This document shows, piece after piece, positions 10,373 to 19,866 of a DNA stretch of 64,000 nt; the stretch's first letter is position 1, and the number at the start of each line of letters is the position of its first letter. The position numbers and the translations under genes were made by a program. The notes under the pieces were generated by a model. It was not told where the DNA came from and did no database searches. It saw only the letters and a program-made list of their open reading frames with translations. Location: IMG/VR virus record IMGVR_UViG_3300032237_001169, positions 44,842 through 108,841 of that record. One strand, given 5' to 3'. This DNA is from a virus (lineage: Duplodnaviria > Caudoviricetes).

Positions 10373-10617
10373 AGCACTATTGCTATTTACTTGCATGTAG
10401 TGATAATACTTTGTATTGTGGATATACAAACGATTTAAACAAAAGAATTGCCGCGCACAACAAAGGCAAAGGTGCCAAATATACAAAAACAAGATTGCCT
10501 GTTAAATTAGCGTATTATGAGGAATTTGCTACAAAAAGCGAAGCAATGAAACGTGAGTGGCAAATTAAACAATACACTCGAAAACAAAAACTCAATTTAT
10601 TAAATGATTCAAAATAA
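10369..10617 (+). CDS. Small GIY-YIG nuclease (YhbQ/UPF0213-like)
   Basis: [18 protein letters not shown]...HN.GKGAKYT..RLPV, AMKRE. Confidence 0.9.
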   Translation: MKHYCYLLACSDNTLYCGYTNDLNKRIAAHNKGKGAKYTKTRLPVKLAYYEEFATKSEAMKREWQIKQYTRKQKLNLLNDSK

Positions 10618-11009
10618 GTTTTTTCTAATGTTGGCAAGAACTATCGATCATCGTGTAGGAACGACAGATGATTGTAAACCTGACATTCCAACACTACCTA
10701 TCAAGTATGCACTTATCAGTTTCTTTATTCGATTTATACTGGTAACATTTAACTTTATTGTTGGACTAATTGTAATTGCAAGTATCATACATCATTGGTA
10801 ACTATATGAAATTTAATTGTAGTGGCAGTTATAATGCCCGTAAACATGGTGGCCTATTTTTAGGCATTCGTGTACATTTTCCTATCACTATATGTGATGA
10901 TAATAACATAAACTATACATGGAGAAACACCAGCCTAAATATAGGATTAGTAGTTTACACGTTGAATATTGAAATTAATTATGCACACAAGTACATTAAT
11001 TTTAACTGA
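10604..11009 (+). CDS. Two small hypothetical proteins (10604-10801 membrane; 10806-11009)
   Basis: ORFs; the first has a hydrophobic C-terminus. Confidence 0.55.
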
Positions 11010-11538
11010 TCTAGCAAGAAATTTGGGATCTGATGTTTATCAAGTTGCCGAATATATTCTTTCAGATTTGCGATTTGATGTATGGTCAGGCAGCAGCAAA
11101 CCAGAACAACACCATTATGGAAAGCATGGATTAACAATTCATACGCATGAAGTAATGATGCTTGCATTTGGTGCAAAGAAAACTCTTAAATTGGAAATTG
11201 ATCCAATTGAATTGTATTTTTCTGTGCTATTTCATGACAGCGGTAAAATGTATGATTATGAAACGGTAGATAATATCAATTTTACGTCTGCACCACACAA
11301 AAGAATGATTCATCATATTAGCCGTAGTAGTTTAATTTGGCATGATGCTTCTACTATTGTTCCACAAATTCATGATAAATATCATGATAGTGTATTGCAT
11401 AATATTCTATCGCATCACGGTCAGCGTGAATGGGGAAGTCCCGTAATGCCAAAAACAAAAACTGCATGGTTATTGCATCTTTGCGATGGCATCAGCGCCC
11501 GAATGAATGATTGTGATCGTTTAGATCGTGTTAAATAA
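10981..11538 (+). CDS. HD-domain hydrolase (YhaM-like)
   Basis: HH...GL..HT, LFHDSGK, HI, H.ILSHHG..EWGSP..P. Confidence 0.85.
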   Translation: MHTSTLILTDLARNLGSDVYQVAEYILSDLRFDVWSGSSKPEQHHYGKHGLTIHTHEVMMLAFGAKKTLKLEIDPIELYFSVLFHDSGKMYDYETVDNINFTSAPHKRMIHHISRSSLIWHDASTIVPQIHDKYHDSVLHNILSHHGQREWGSPVMPKTKTAWLLHLCDGISARMNDCDRLDRVK

Positions 11539-11599
11539 CACATTTAAAAGTTGTTGACTCTAATAAAAAACACACTACTATTTATAATCAATAATATTG

Positions 11600-11821
11600 A
11601 TGCGTTACGATAGAGTTTACAACAAAACCATTGAAGAATTAGTTGAATTGGCGGCTGTTATGATTCAACAGCGAAATAAACGCTATCGTAATCACACAGA
11701 AAAAATTGAAGAAGAAATTGCAGATGTTTATTGTTGGTTAGATAAATTAAGAGAGCGATTTGATCAAAACAAAATCAAAAAAAGAATCAATTATAAACGC
11801 CGTAAAAATAAATTAAAATGA
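11600..11821 (+). CDS. MazG-like pyrophosphatase
   Basis: EEL.EL....., IEEEIADV. Confidence 0.7.
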   Translation: MRYDRVYNKTIEELVELAAVMIQQRNKRYRNHTEKIEEEIADVYCWLDKLRERFDQNKIKKRINYKRRKNKLK

Positions 11822-12051
11822 AATTGGAAAATTTTAAAATCACTCCCAATGACGTATTTGGCGCAGTTGTTGATATTGCCTTTATGGCAGTTCGCCCAAC
11901 ACTTTTTTGGACAGTTTGAAATTATGGAATTGCTGAAAATACTAATATTCCAAAATTGGATTTCCTGCAAGTGATTAGCATAATTGTATTGTTTCATATT
12001 TTGATTTCTTATGTTCCATTGCACATCGTCGAATCAAACGATGATGAATGA
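11818..12051 (+). pseudogene. Small membrane protein with in-frame TGA at 11917
   Basis: ...PTLFWTV*NYGIAENTNIPKLDFLQVISIIVLF... Confidence 0.55.
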
Positions 12052-12141
12052 GGGTTGGTTAATAATCGAAAATAACATTATTTAAGTGTTGACAACTTCA
12101 GAAAAAGTAGTAAGCTATTAAAGTATAACAATAAAAAATAT

Positions 12142-12495
12142 ATGAGAAAGAAAATTGATAGTATCACCGAAAATCAAACCATCGTACACGGAGAGTGTTT
12201 TCTTTTTCCAAAAGAAATTCCAGCTTCTGCGAAGAAACTCACAATCAATGCGAATCATATGATTGTTGCCCCGTCCGAAACAACGGGCAATCATCATGTA
12301 GTCGATGTAATGGAGGGTGTTGAATTCTTTCAAGAAGGTGAAACGCTGTATATGAGCAGCACCGTTCCGACACAAATTCGATGTGTCATGGAATCCCGTC
12401 ATGACACCATCGGAATTCCTGCCGGAATGTATGAATTTGGGTCTCAGCAAGAATATGATCCATTTACAGCGCGTTTGCAGAAGGTTCGCGACTAA
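12142..12495 (+). CDS. Conserved partner of DUF6745 (His-rich small protein)
   Basis: HGE, SETTGNHH, HDTI.IP.G.Y...QQEYDP. Confidence 0.75.
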   Translation: MRKKIDSITENQTIVHGECFLFPKEIPASAKKLTINANHMIVAPSETTGNHHVVDVMEGVEFFQEGETLYMSSTVPTQIRCVMESRHDTIGIPAGMYEFGSQQEYDPFTARLQKVRD

Positions 12496-12519
12496 ATAAA
12501 AAAATAATTATCAAAAAAT

Positions 12520-13389
12520 ATGATTGAATCATTGACACCAGATCAAGAATATCTTCTCAAGGAATTTCGTGAGGAATGCCTAGAAATGGGGAGATCAATC
12601 AAGCCAATCGATCACGCAACAGTCGAATCTATAATCACACAAATTTATGCTTATAATAATGAAAAGAAACCAAATTTTCATTATTACGATAGCCCACATC
12701 AAATTTTGTCTAAACATCCCGAAGTAAAACTCGACAATTATTTCGGAGGACAGCATTGGATTTACTGGAAGGCATTTTATACGTTCGCAGAAAAAATTGG
12801 CGTAAAATACGAAAAGGAAGACAGCGAATTGCTTGCATTGTGGATGCAAGAATCAGAACATCTGCATTGGTGGTTTCCTTACGAAGAAGATTGTCTTATC
12901 AGTGAAAGACCAATTAAACTCAATGTAAATGAAGCCGGACAATTGCACTGCGAAAGTGGACCAGCAATCGAATATCGTGACGGATGGAAGCGATATTATT
13001 TGAATGGAATTTGTGTACCGGAATATTTGGTTACAACTGACTCAGAATATCTTGATATTAATTTTTTTCTAAAAGAAAGCAATGCAGATATTAAAGCTGA
13101 ATTCGTAAGAAAATTTGGTGTGGAGCGAATGAGCCATCTTGGCACCAAAGTTGATTCATACGAAAATTATAATCGAAATAAATATGAATGGTGGCACAAA
13201 AGCGAATATGAACTTTGGGATCTTAAAGCTCTGTTTCCGGGACTTGATTATCAACCGTATGTAAAAATGCTCAATCAAACTACTGGTATCTGGCATATGG
13301 AAGCCGTTAGTCCGGCGTGCCGCTCTTTGGCGGACGCTCTTAAAGAGCGTTTTGGTGGTCGAATGCTTGATATTATCAGCATTTCCTAA
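12520..13389 (+). CDS. DUF6745-domain protein
   Basis: LTPDQE, DSP, GGQH..YW, WWFPYE..C.ISERP, LHC.SGPAIEYRDGW..Y.LNG. Confidence 0.8.
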   Translation: MIESLTPDQEYLLKEFREECLEMGRSIKPIDHATVESIITQIYAYNNEKKPNFHYYDSPHQILSKHPEVKLDNYFGGQHWIYWKAFYTFAEKIGVKYEKEDSELLALWMQESEHLHWWFPYEEDCLISERPIKLNVNEAGQLHCESGPAIEYRDGWKRYYLNGICVPEYLVTTDSEYLDINFFLKESNADIKAEFVRKFGVERMSHLGTKVDSYENYNRNKYEWWHKSEYELWDLKALFPGLDYQPYVKMLNQTTGIWHMEAVSPACRSLADALKERFGGRMLDIISIS

Positions 13390-13403
13390 AATTCTAAAAT
13401 TCA

Positions 13404-13436
13404 AATCTCCGATACTAACAATATCGGAGAATTTTT
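13404..13436 (+). terminator. Hairpin with T-run
   Basis: tctccgat-actaacaat-atcggaga followed by attttt. Confidence 0.6.
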
Positions 13437-13456
13437 ATATAGATCGACATAATTAT

Positions 13457-13684
13457 ATGAATCTAAAAAATAGTGTTAGAAACAATTTTTTCGATAATAC
13501 AGATGAATTAAGATCTAATCTGGCTATTATGGCTCTTAAAAATCAATTAGAACGTCAATTAGACACTCAATTACACAATCAATTGAATAGTCAATTATAC
13601 ACTCAATTATACACTCAATTACACAATCAATTGAATAGTCAATTATACACTCAATTACACCGGCAATTGAGGACTGGGAACTGA
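13457..13684 (+). CDS. QLxx tetrapeptide-repeat mini-protein
   Basis: ATG13457; QLERQLDTQLHNQLNSQLYTQL... Confidence 0.7.
   Translation: MNLKNSVRNNFFDNTDELRSNLAIMALKNQLERQLDTQLHNQLNSQLYTQLYTQLHNQLNSQLYTQLHRQLRTGN
13544..13669 (+). repeat. 12-bp tandem repeat CAATTR-N6, about 10.5 copies
   Basis: caattagaacgt caattagacact caattacacaat caattgaatagt caattatacact... Confidence 0.95.
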
Positions 13685-13726
13685 AGTTTCATTAATGGCG
13701 AAGCGACGGTTAACAAACATCAAACT

Positions 13727-14098
13727 ATGAAAACAGCATTTATCAGCGGACATCTTGATTTGACACCAGAAGAGTTTCAGGAACAATATGTTCCAAAATT
13801 GCAAATTGCAATTGCACATAGACATAAATTTGTTGTGGGCGATGCAAACGGTGCAGATACATTCGCCCAAGGGTTTTTTGCATATTACATCGCAAATAAT
13901 GATGTAACTGTTTATCATATATTTGATTCTCCAAGAAATAATGTTGAAAAATTTCCAACAGTTGGCGGATTTAGATCGGACGATGAACGTGATGCTGCTA
14001 TGACATATAGCAGTGATTATGATATTGCTTGGGTTCGTCCCGGCAGAGAAAAAAGCGGCACTGCAAAAAATTTGGCGAGACGCAAAGAAAACGATTGA
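13727..14098 (+). CDS. SLOG-superfamily-like protein
   Basis: FISGH, FVVGDA.GADT.AQ, ERDAAMT..SDYDIAW, SGT..N. Confidence 0.65.
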   Translation: MKTAFISGHLDLTPEEFQEQYVPKLQIAIAHRHKFVVGDANGADTFAQGFFAYYIANNDVTVYHIFDSPRNNVEKFPTVGGFRSDDERDAAMTYSSDYDIAWVRPGREKSGTAKNLARRKEND

Positions 14099-14162
14099 CT
14101 TGGTACTGAACCTTCCATAAGGTGGTGAACGTCGAAAGTAAAATACCGTATGTAATAAAATT

Positions 14163-14978
14163 ATGAAGTTTAAAAATTTGTTTGTCGTCGCCATCTTGGG
14201 AATTGCTATGGTTTCGGAACCAGTTCTAGCACGGCCCTTTAGTAGCCGTAGTTCAAGTTCCAGCCGAAGCAGCAGCAGTTCTAGCCGTAGTTCTAGCCGT
14301 AGTTTTAGTAGCGGCAGCTCTAGCGGATGGGGTTCCAGTAGCAAGTCTAGTGGTTCCAGTAGCAAAAGTTATTCCAGCGGAAGCAGCAGTGGATGGGGTT
14401 CATCTAGCAAATCTTCTAGTGCTGATAGCAAGAGTCCAGCTACCAGCAGTGGTTGGGGAACTTCTTCTAGCTCCACTTGGGGAACCAGTCAGAAATTGAC
14501 TGATTCTAGCGGTTCTACCAGTTACAAGGCACCTAGCAAGGGCGATGTTGCATTGGAACGAAAGGCTATTCAGAGTGGAACTGCATATAAGACAAAGGAT
14601 GCTGCAATGAATGATTTTAAGAGCAAATATGCAGATAAGTATCCTACTAAATTTAGTTCCGAACCAAGTGTTCGTCCTAATTATATTCCTCGTACTTATA
14701 GTACCGGCGGCAGCACTTATAACATTGTTTACAATAGTGGATTCGGTGGATATGGATATTACAATGCACTTGGTGCGTGGATTGCCTATGATATTATGAC
14801 TGATGCTCTTATGATGAACAGTTTGATGCACCGTCATAGCTATTATTATCCCACTGCACCTTATGCCGGTGAAACAACTGTTGTGCATACAACTAGCAGT
14901 GGAATCGGATTTTTTTGGGGATTCATGATGTTTTTGCTCTTTTTGATTGCATGGGCTATTGCTAAACAGACTGATTAA
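14163..14978 (+). CDS. Exported Ser/Gly-rich protein with a C-terminal membrane anchor
   Basis: Signal peptide, SSGWGSSS repeats, C-terminal TM helix. Confidence 0.8.
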   Translation: MKFKNLFVVAILGIAMVSEPVLARPFSSRSSSSSRSSSSSSRSSSRSFSSGSSSGWGSSSKSSGSSSKSYSSGSSSGWGSSSKSSSADSKSPATSSGWGTSSSSTWGTSQKLTDSSGSTSYKAPSKGDVALERKAIQSGTAYKTKDAAMNDFKSKYADKYPTKFSSEPSVRPNYIPRTYSTGGSTYNIVYNSGFGGYGYYNALGAWIAYDIMTDALMMNSLMHRHSYYYPTAPYAGETTVVHTTSSGIGFFWGFMMFLLFLIAWAIAKQTD

Positions 14979-15009
14979 TTACAAAAAATAACATTCCAAA
15001 TATATAATT

Positions 15010-15615
15010 ATGAAAATTAAGAATTGGCTTGGTGTCAAAAATGGCGACAAAGTGAAGATTCGTGGAGAAAAGGTTGAAGTAATCAGCAGCCTTCACGTAA
15101 AGGAAAGTAATAATCTTGCCACCTTTGTATTGCTCAAGATGCATGAAGCGAATGGTGAATTTTATCTATTTGCACGTATTGTCGATGAAAATGTTGACGT
15201 TCGCATTTTCAATGAAATTCATTGGTTGGGCATTGGTGATCGTGGTCGTTTGCTGAATGAAGGAAATAATCGCCTTTTTCAGGCTCCTCAATCTGAAAAT
15301 TGGGTTCCTGCCGATCTGGAGTGGACTGAAAGTTTTGAATTTAACATTGAAGACAAAGATGTTGGATTTAATAAGAAATTCACTTCATATGGCGAAGCCA
15401 CTGAACGTCCAAAGACCACTGGAATTGATGTTAGTTTTGCCACGGTAGTTGAGTATAATGCAGTTTCGCAGGTTCCAAATCCAGAAATTGTAATTTTGGA
15501 ACTTGGTGGTATTGATCCTGACGGCAACAAGTTTCCAACTGGCGGATTTGTGATTCCATTGGAGGGTTATTGTATCAATAACAGCGAAGTGGAAACCGTT
15601 GGTTGGTTCTTCTGA
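15010..15615 (+). CDS. Hypothetical protein
   Basis: ORF followed by the terminator at 15629-15657. Confidence 0.7.
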   Translation: MKIKNWLGVKNGDKVKIRGEKVEVISSLHVKESNNLATFVLLKMHEANGEFYLFARIVDENVDVRIFNEIHWLGIGDRGRLLNEGNNRLFQAPQSENWVPADLEWTESFEFNIEDKDVGFNKKFTSYGEATERPKTTGIDVSFATVVEYNAVSQVPNPEIVILELGGIDPDGNKFPTGGFVIPLEGYCINNSEVETVGWFF

Positions 15616-15628
15616 AACGTGGGTAAGC

Positions 15629-15687
15629 AAAGCCTGCCTAAAAAGACAGGCTTTTTTGTTGACATCGTGCTCCATACTCGCTAGTCT
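15629..15687 (+). promoter_or_regulatory. Terminator followed by a sigma70-like promoter
   Basis: aagcctg..caggctttttt, then TTGACA-N17-TAGTCT with ATG 6 nt later. Confidence 0.7.
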
Positions 15688-15693
15688 ATGCAC

Positions 15694-15804
15694 ATGAAAA
15701 TTATTGCTGCCCTTGTGCTTATTGTCGCCTTGACCGGATGCAAGGATGATGCCAAATGGAATAAAAAGCCAAAGCGCACCAACAATCATCAATTGTATTT
15801 TTAA
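15694..15804 (+). CDS. Small lipoprotein (36 aa)
   Basis: MKIIAALVLIVALTGC lipobox. Confidence 0.6.
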   Translation: MKIIAALVLIVALTGCKDDAKWNKKPKRTNNHQLYF

Positions 15805-15814
15805 CGAAATCGTA

Positions 15815-16156
15815 ATGAATTATGCAATAATTGGCAGTCGTTCGTTTCAAAACTATGAAATGCTAAAAATAGTTTGCAATCGACTCTTAAGAGAAACTGA
15901 CACGATTGTTAGTGGTGCCGCGAGTGGAGCAGATATTCTTGGCAAGCAATATGCAATTGAAAGAAAACTAAAATATCTTGAATTTCCTGCCGTTTGGAGT
16001 AAATATGGTAAACGTGCCGGATTTATTCGTAATCAGAAAATAATTGACAACAGCGATTTTGTTATCGCATTTTGGGACGGAGTAAGTAACGGCACAAAAC
16101 ACTCAATAGAATTGGCAAAATTAGACAAAATACCAACATTAATTATCTATTTTTAA
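15815..16156 (+). CDS. SLOG/YspA (DUF2493-like) protein
   Basis: IIGSRSF, IVSG.A.GAD, YGKRAG.IRN..I...SD..IAFWDG.S.GTKHSI. Confidence 0.85.
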   Translation: MNYAIIGSRSFQNYEMLKIVCNRLLRETDTIVSGAASGADILGKQYAIERKLKYLEFPAVWSKYGKRAGFIRNQKIIDNSDFVIAFWDGVSNGTKHSIELAKLDKIPTLIIYF

Positions 16157-16168
16157 TTATCAAAACAT

Positions 16169-16579
16169 ATGAAAACTGAAATTATTAATAAACTAAGTGA
16201 ACAAATCGCAATTGTAAACAAGCTAGAGATTGAAGCAAAAGAAGAATTTCTTTCAAATCTAAAGCAACTGTTTGTTGACAATCCAACTTTGAAGCAGATT
16301 AAGATTCTTATCAATAATCATGAATTTGCTGACGGTGATCCTACTTCATTCAGTCTTTATTATGAAGATGTAGAAGTCACTGACAGTGATAATAATACTT
16401 TTAAGCGCAATGATTATAAATGTAGTGATTTTGATCGTAATAACTCACATCCATTGGTGAGTGCGGTATTTGATCTTTTCGATATATATGACGTTTCCAA
16501 TTTATATGAACTTATTTTTGGCGACGAATATGATAGCTATCTAGAAATTACTAATAACAATGTCTCTAATTACAACTAA
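16169..16579 (+). CDS. Paralog of the 4063 family
   Basis: F..NPTL, EFADGDP.SF. Confidence 0.6.
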   Translation: MKTEIINKLSEQIAIVNKLEIEAKEEFLSNLKQLFVDNPTLKQIKILINNHEFADGDPTSFSLYYEDVEVTDSDNNTFKRNDYKCSDFDRNNSHPLVSAVFDLFDIYDVSNLYELIFGDEYDSYLEITNNNVSNYN

Positions 16580-16610
16580 AAACAATTAAAAACAATTAAA
16601 AACAATTAAA
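16578..16610 (+). repeat. 10-bp tandem repeat aaaaacaatt x3
   Basis: Seen directly. Confidence 0.8.
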
Positions 16611-16621
16611 TAACTATAAAT

Positions 16622-17245
16622 ATGATGACTGCATTTTTTGAACTGTTCGCATTTGGTGGAATTCTATTTTGGATTACACTGGGAACTATTATTTTCACTC
16701 TTACCGTTCTCACTGATCGTAATTGTCACATTACAAAGTTGTTGCTGTTTGCGGGTCTTGTGACATTGTTTTGGCCCAGTGTCAAAACTCTAAGCGGCAC
16801 ACAACTTTCTGTTGTTGTTATCAGTTATTTTGCAATTGGTATTGCATATTCGTTTATTCGATGGTTTAATAACGTCAATAACACCATTGCCAATTATAGC
16901 AATTTGCTAAAGAAGCTCAAGATTACTGATTTGAGCAGCATCGAATCGAATATTGATAAGATTGAACAGCAAATTTCTAAATTGGATTGTGTAGATCGTT
17001 ATCAGCGTGATGAAGCATACGCCAAAGATTATAAGGAAGTAAATGGTGATTATAAGCAGTTGAAAACTATTCAATATAGCATTACTCCAAACGAGAACAA
17101 GACCACTCTGTATAATTGGATTTTTCACTGGCCTTGGTGTATTATTCGATTCTTTACAGCCGATCTTGCCGAAGCACTGTATCAGTTGAGCAAGAATCAA
17201 TATAAGAATATTGTCAACCACTTGCTTCGAAAGAATCTAGCCTAA
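16622..17245 (+). CDS. Membrane protein
   Basis: Three N-terminal TM segments; W...WPW motif. Confidence 0.75.
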   Translation: MMTAFFELFAFGGILFWITLGTIIFTLTVLTDRNCHITKLLLFAGLVTLFWPSVKTLSGTQLSVVVISYFAIGIAYSFIRWFNNVNNTIANYSNLLKKLKITDLSSIESNIDKIEQQISKLDCVDRYQRDEAYAKDYKEVNGDYKQLKTIQYSITPNENKTTLYNWIFHWPWCIIRFFTADLAEALYQLSKNQYKNIVNHLLRKNLA

Positions 17246-17308
17246 AACAGTTGACTTAACCAGAGACAACGCCTAACATCTAATCGTGTTAGGCGTTTTT
17301 TATTTTCT

Positions 17309-17461
17309 ATGAGTGACGAAAATTCATTAAGATGTTATTATTGTGATTTTCCAATTAAATTAGATGGAATTGATAAGTGCCCGTGCGAAAATATTTTAAT
17401 GGAGGATTTTCTAAAAGAATTAGAAATTGAAAACTACTGGAAAAATCAAACAGAATTTTAA
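17309..17461 (+). CDS. Small zinc-ribbon protein (50 aa)
   Basis: CYYC...CPC. Confidence 0.5.
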   Translation: MSDENSLRCYYCDFPIKLDGIDKCPCENILMEDFLKELEIENYWKNQTEF

Positions 17462-17478
17462 AAGTTATTAATCACACT

Positions 17479-18783
17479 ATGAAGATCAAACAAGTTTATA
17501 TTTTTGGAGGCGGAACGGTTGCTCACATTGCCAATCATTTTGCTGTGTGTGCTCCTGCGTATGGAACAACTGCCAAAACGTTGCGTCATATCATGGAATA
17601 TGATAAACGATTTGATAATATGCGGGTCAATATGGAATTGACCAAAATGGCTGGCGGCAATCTTGAAACCAATGAAGACGTTGCCAATCGTATTGAACAA
17701 TTGAAGGCTGATTCTCGTACCAAAATCATTTTCTTTAATTGTGCTTTGGTTGATTATGTTCCACAAATGACCACAGCATTTTGTGAATATATCGATGAAA
17801 AAGGAGAAAATTGGCTTACACAAGATTTTGTTCATGTTCCAACAAAATATGATATGCGACTTGACACTAAACAAAATACTGAAGTGGATGTAACATTTAC
17901 AGTTGCAAATAAAATCATTCCAAACATTCGTAATGGACGAAAGGATATTTTCTTGGTTGGATTCAAGACCACTTGTGGCGCTTCAACGGAAGAAATGTAT
18001 CGCAAGGGTCTGAATTTGTGCAAGAAAGGCAGTGTCAATCTTGTATTGGTGAATGATACCAAAACTCATGTTAATTTTATTGTAACCCCCGAAGAAGCAA
18101 CATATGGAGATTTTGGGGATCGTGACAAAACGTTAAAAGAGCTAGTAGATATTACATGGCATCGCAGTCATTTGACGTTTACCCAATCAACAGTTGTTGA
18201 TGGTAAGCCAGTGGATTGGAATAGCGAAATGATTCCTCATTCATTGCGTACTGTGGTTAATTATTGTATTGGAAAAGGAGCATATAAACCATTCACTGAA
18301 AATAAATGGACAGCCGGCCATTTTGCACATAAATTGTCGGACACGGAATTTTTGACAAGCATTCGTAAAAGTAATCTAAATGATTTGGATAAAAATGGAT
18401 TGGTCTATGTCAAAACAGATGGGCCTGATACTGTTATTGCTTATGGTGCAAAACCAAGTGTTGGAGGACAATCACAAAGAATTGTTTTCCGTGACCATAT
18501 TGGATATGATTGTATTGTGCATTTTCATAGCGAATTAAAAAAGAATCATCCCGACGCTATTCCAATTGCAAGTCAGCGGGAGATAACTTGCGGTTCGCAT
18601 GAATGTGGAAAGAACACGTCAGACCATCTTCAATCGTTTTTAAACGGCAAGGTAAAAGCAGTAATGTTAGATAACCACGGTCCTAACATTATATTCAATA
18701 AAGACACCGATCCCAAATTGGTAATCGATTTTATCGAACAAAATTGGGATTTGAATACGAAAACGGGCGGCTATCAGTTGTAG
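17479..18783 (+). CDS. CoaB-like (PPC-synthetase fold) fused to a class II aldolase-like domain
   Basis: GGGTV.HI, A..DY, LVGFK, LV.VND; C-terminal PSVG.....IVHFH, NHG. Confidence 0.65.
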   Translation: MKIKQVYIFGGGTVAHIANHFAVCAPAYGTTAKTLRHIMEYDKRFDNMRVNMELTKMAGGNLETNEDVANRIEQLKADSRTKIIFFNCALVDYVPQMTTAFCEYIDEKGENWLTQDFVHVPTKYDMRLDTKQNTEVDVTFTVANKIIPNIRNGRKDIFLVGFKTTCGASTEEMYRKGLNLCKKGSVNLVLVNDTKTHVNFIVTPEEATYGDFGDRDKTLKELVDITWHRSHLTFTQSTVVDGKPVDWNSEMIPHSLRTVVNYCIGKGAYKPFTENKWTAGHFAHKLSDTEFLTSIRKSNLNDLDKNGLVYVKTDGPDTVIAYGAKPSVGGQSQRIVFRDHIGYDCIVHFHSELKKNHPDAIPIASQREITCGSHECGKNTSDHLQSFLNGKVKAVMLDNHGPNIIFNKDTDPKLVIDFIEQNWDLNTKTGGYQL

Positions 18784-19110
18784 GTATTGTGATGCAAGCT
18801 GTACTCGTTAAGGTAAACAAGTTTGAAACCATTTTTTAAATTCCGTTTCCATTTAATTACAGATTGGATCATACTAGAACTCACATCAAAGTGTTTAGAT
18901 GCTGAATTGACATCATCATAAATAATATTGGTGTCTAAACACTTTACTTTTCTTCGTTTTGTAATTCTATTGCAGTTAGCAGCATATTGAGTCGGTGTTT
19001 GTTTTTTTCCTTTTCGTTGAATACTCATTAATTGTTTAGAGCTTTCTGATAGTTTTCTTCCTATAGATTTTAATTTGATTTTTCACGCATTTCTGGAGAA
19101 AGTCTATCAA
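18774..19110 (-). pseudogene. C-terminal half of a disrupted GIY-YIG homing endonuclease
   Basis: GRKLSESSKQLMS..RKGKK, VKCLDTNIIYD....AS (NUMOD-type). Confidence 0.7.
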
Positions 19111-19129
19111 TTACACAGTCAATTGTACA

Positions 19130-19404
19130 ATGAATACAAACAAATCATTACGCGATAATTTTGCAGTGGCTTTGCCGAGCGAACAAACATATACTCAATT
19201 AAATCTTGTATTATTCAGTAAATTGTTTTTATCAATTGGAAATGCCATTAAAAATACGATTATTCAATCAACTATATAGAGAATTACGCAATGAACATCA
19301 GCGGCAAATCTATCCAAACCCACTTAAGACCTAAGTTGCAAGCTGCACTATCACAAGATACAAGTAATCAATTGGACCGTCAACATATACATGAACACAA
19401 ATAA
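19130..19404 (+). pseudogene. Two degenerate QLxx-family mini-genes (19130-19334 frameshifted; 19291-19404)
   Basis: MNTNKSLR...YTQL..FYQL..FNQLY; MNISGK...SNQLDRQ. Confidence 0.5.
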
Positions 19405-19621
19405 ACCACTAAGTAATCACTTAAATATTCAATTATGTCTTCAATTACACCGGCAATTACACAATCAATTACACCGGCAATTACATGCTCAATTACACAA
19501 TCAATTAAGTAATCAATTACGTCGTCAATTAAAACGTCAATTAGACACTCAATTACACCTTCAATTACGTCGTCAATTATGCTTCGAATTGGCAGATCAA
19601 TTACTCAATGAAACTGAATAA
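19391..19621 (+). CDS. QLxx tetrapeptide-repeat mini-protein
   Basis: QLCLQLHRQLHNQLHRQLHAQL... Confidence 0.7.
   Translation: MNTNKPLSNHLNIQLCLQLHRQLHNQLHRQLHAQLHNQLSNQLRRQLKRQLDTQLHLQLRRQLCFELADQLLNETE
19430..19609 (+). repeat. 12-bp tandem repeat CAATTA-N6, about 15 copies
   Basis: Same unit as the 13544 array. Confidence 0.95.
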
Positions 19622-19625
19622 ACCA

Positions 19626-19815
19626 TTATACATAAAATATTACACATTCGATTACACAATCAATTTGTTGTATTTTTGCTTTTAAAATACTATTTTCACA
19701 TATAGATTCTTTTAAATGTGAATACAGACGTTTACCTTTTCCTTTACCAACGTATATAGGTATCTTTTGATTATTACGCGGATCGTAGTAAACATAGAAA
19801 TAAAAAACGTAGAAA
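19626..19815 (-). pseudogene. N-terminal half of a disrupted GIY-YIG homing endonuclease
   Basis: FYVYYDPRN..PIYVGKGKGKR..SH. Confidence 0.7.
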
Positions 19816-19866
19816 AAAATTTCGACTTGACAAAGAAGACTGGAGGCTATAACCTGCGTTAACAAA

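Noticed and set aside
13655-14888. Long minus-strand ORFs (13655-14365, 14400-14888) and similar ones such as 43514-44302 and 34229-34849
   Set aside because: Antisense shadows of well-supported + strand genes.
13544-19609. 12-bp arrays as CRISPR
   Set aside because: The constant part is only 6 bp with 6-bp variable parts, in frame and coding; no cas genes.
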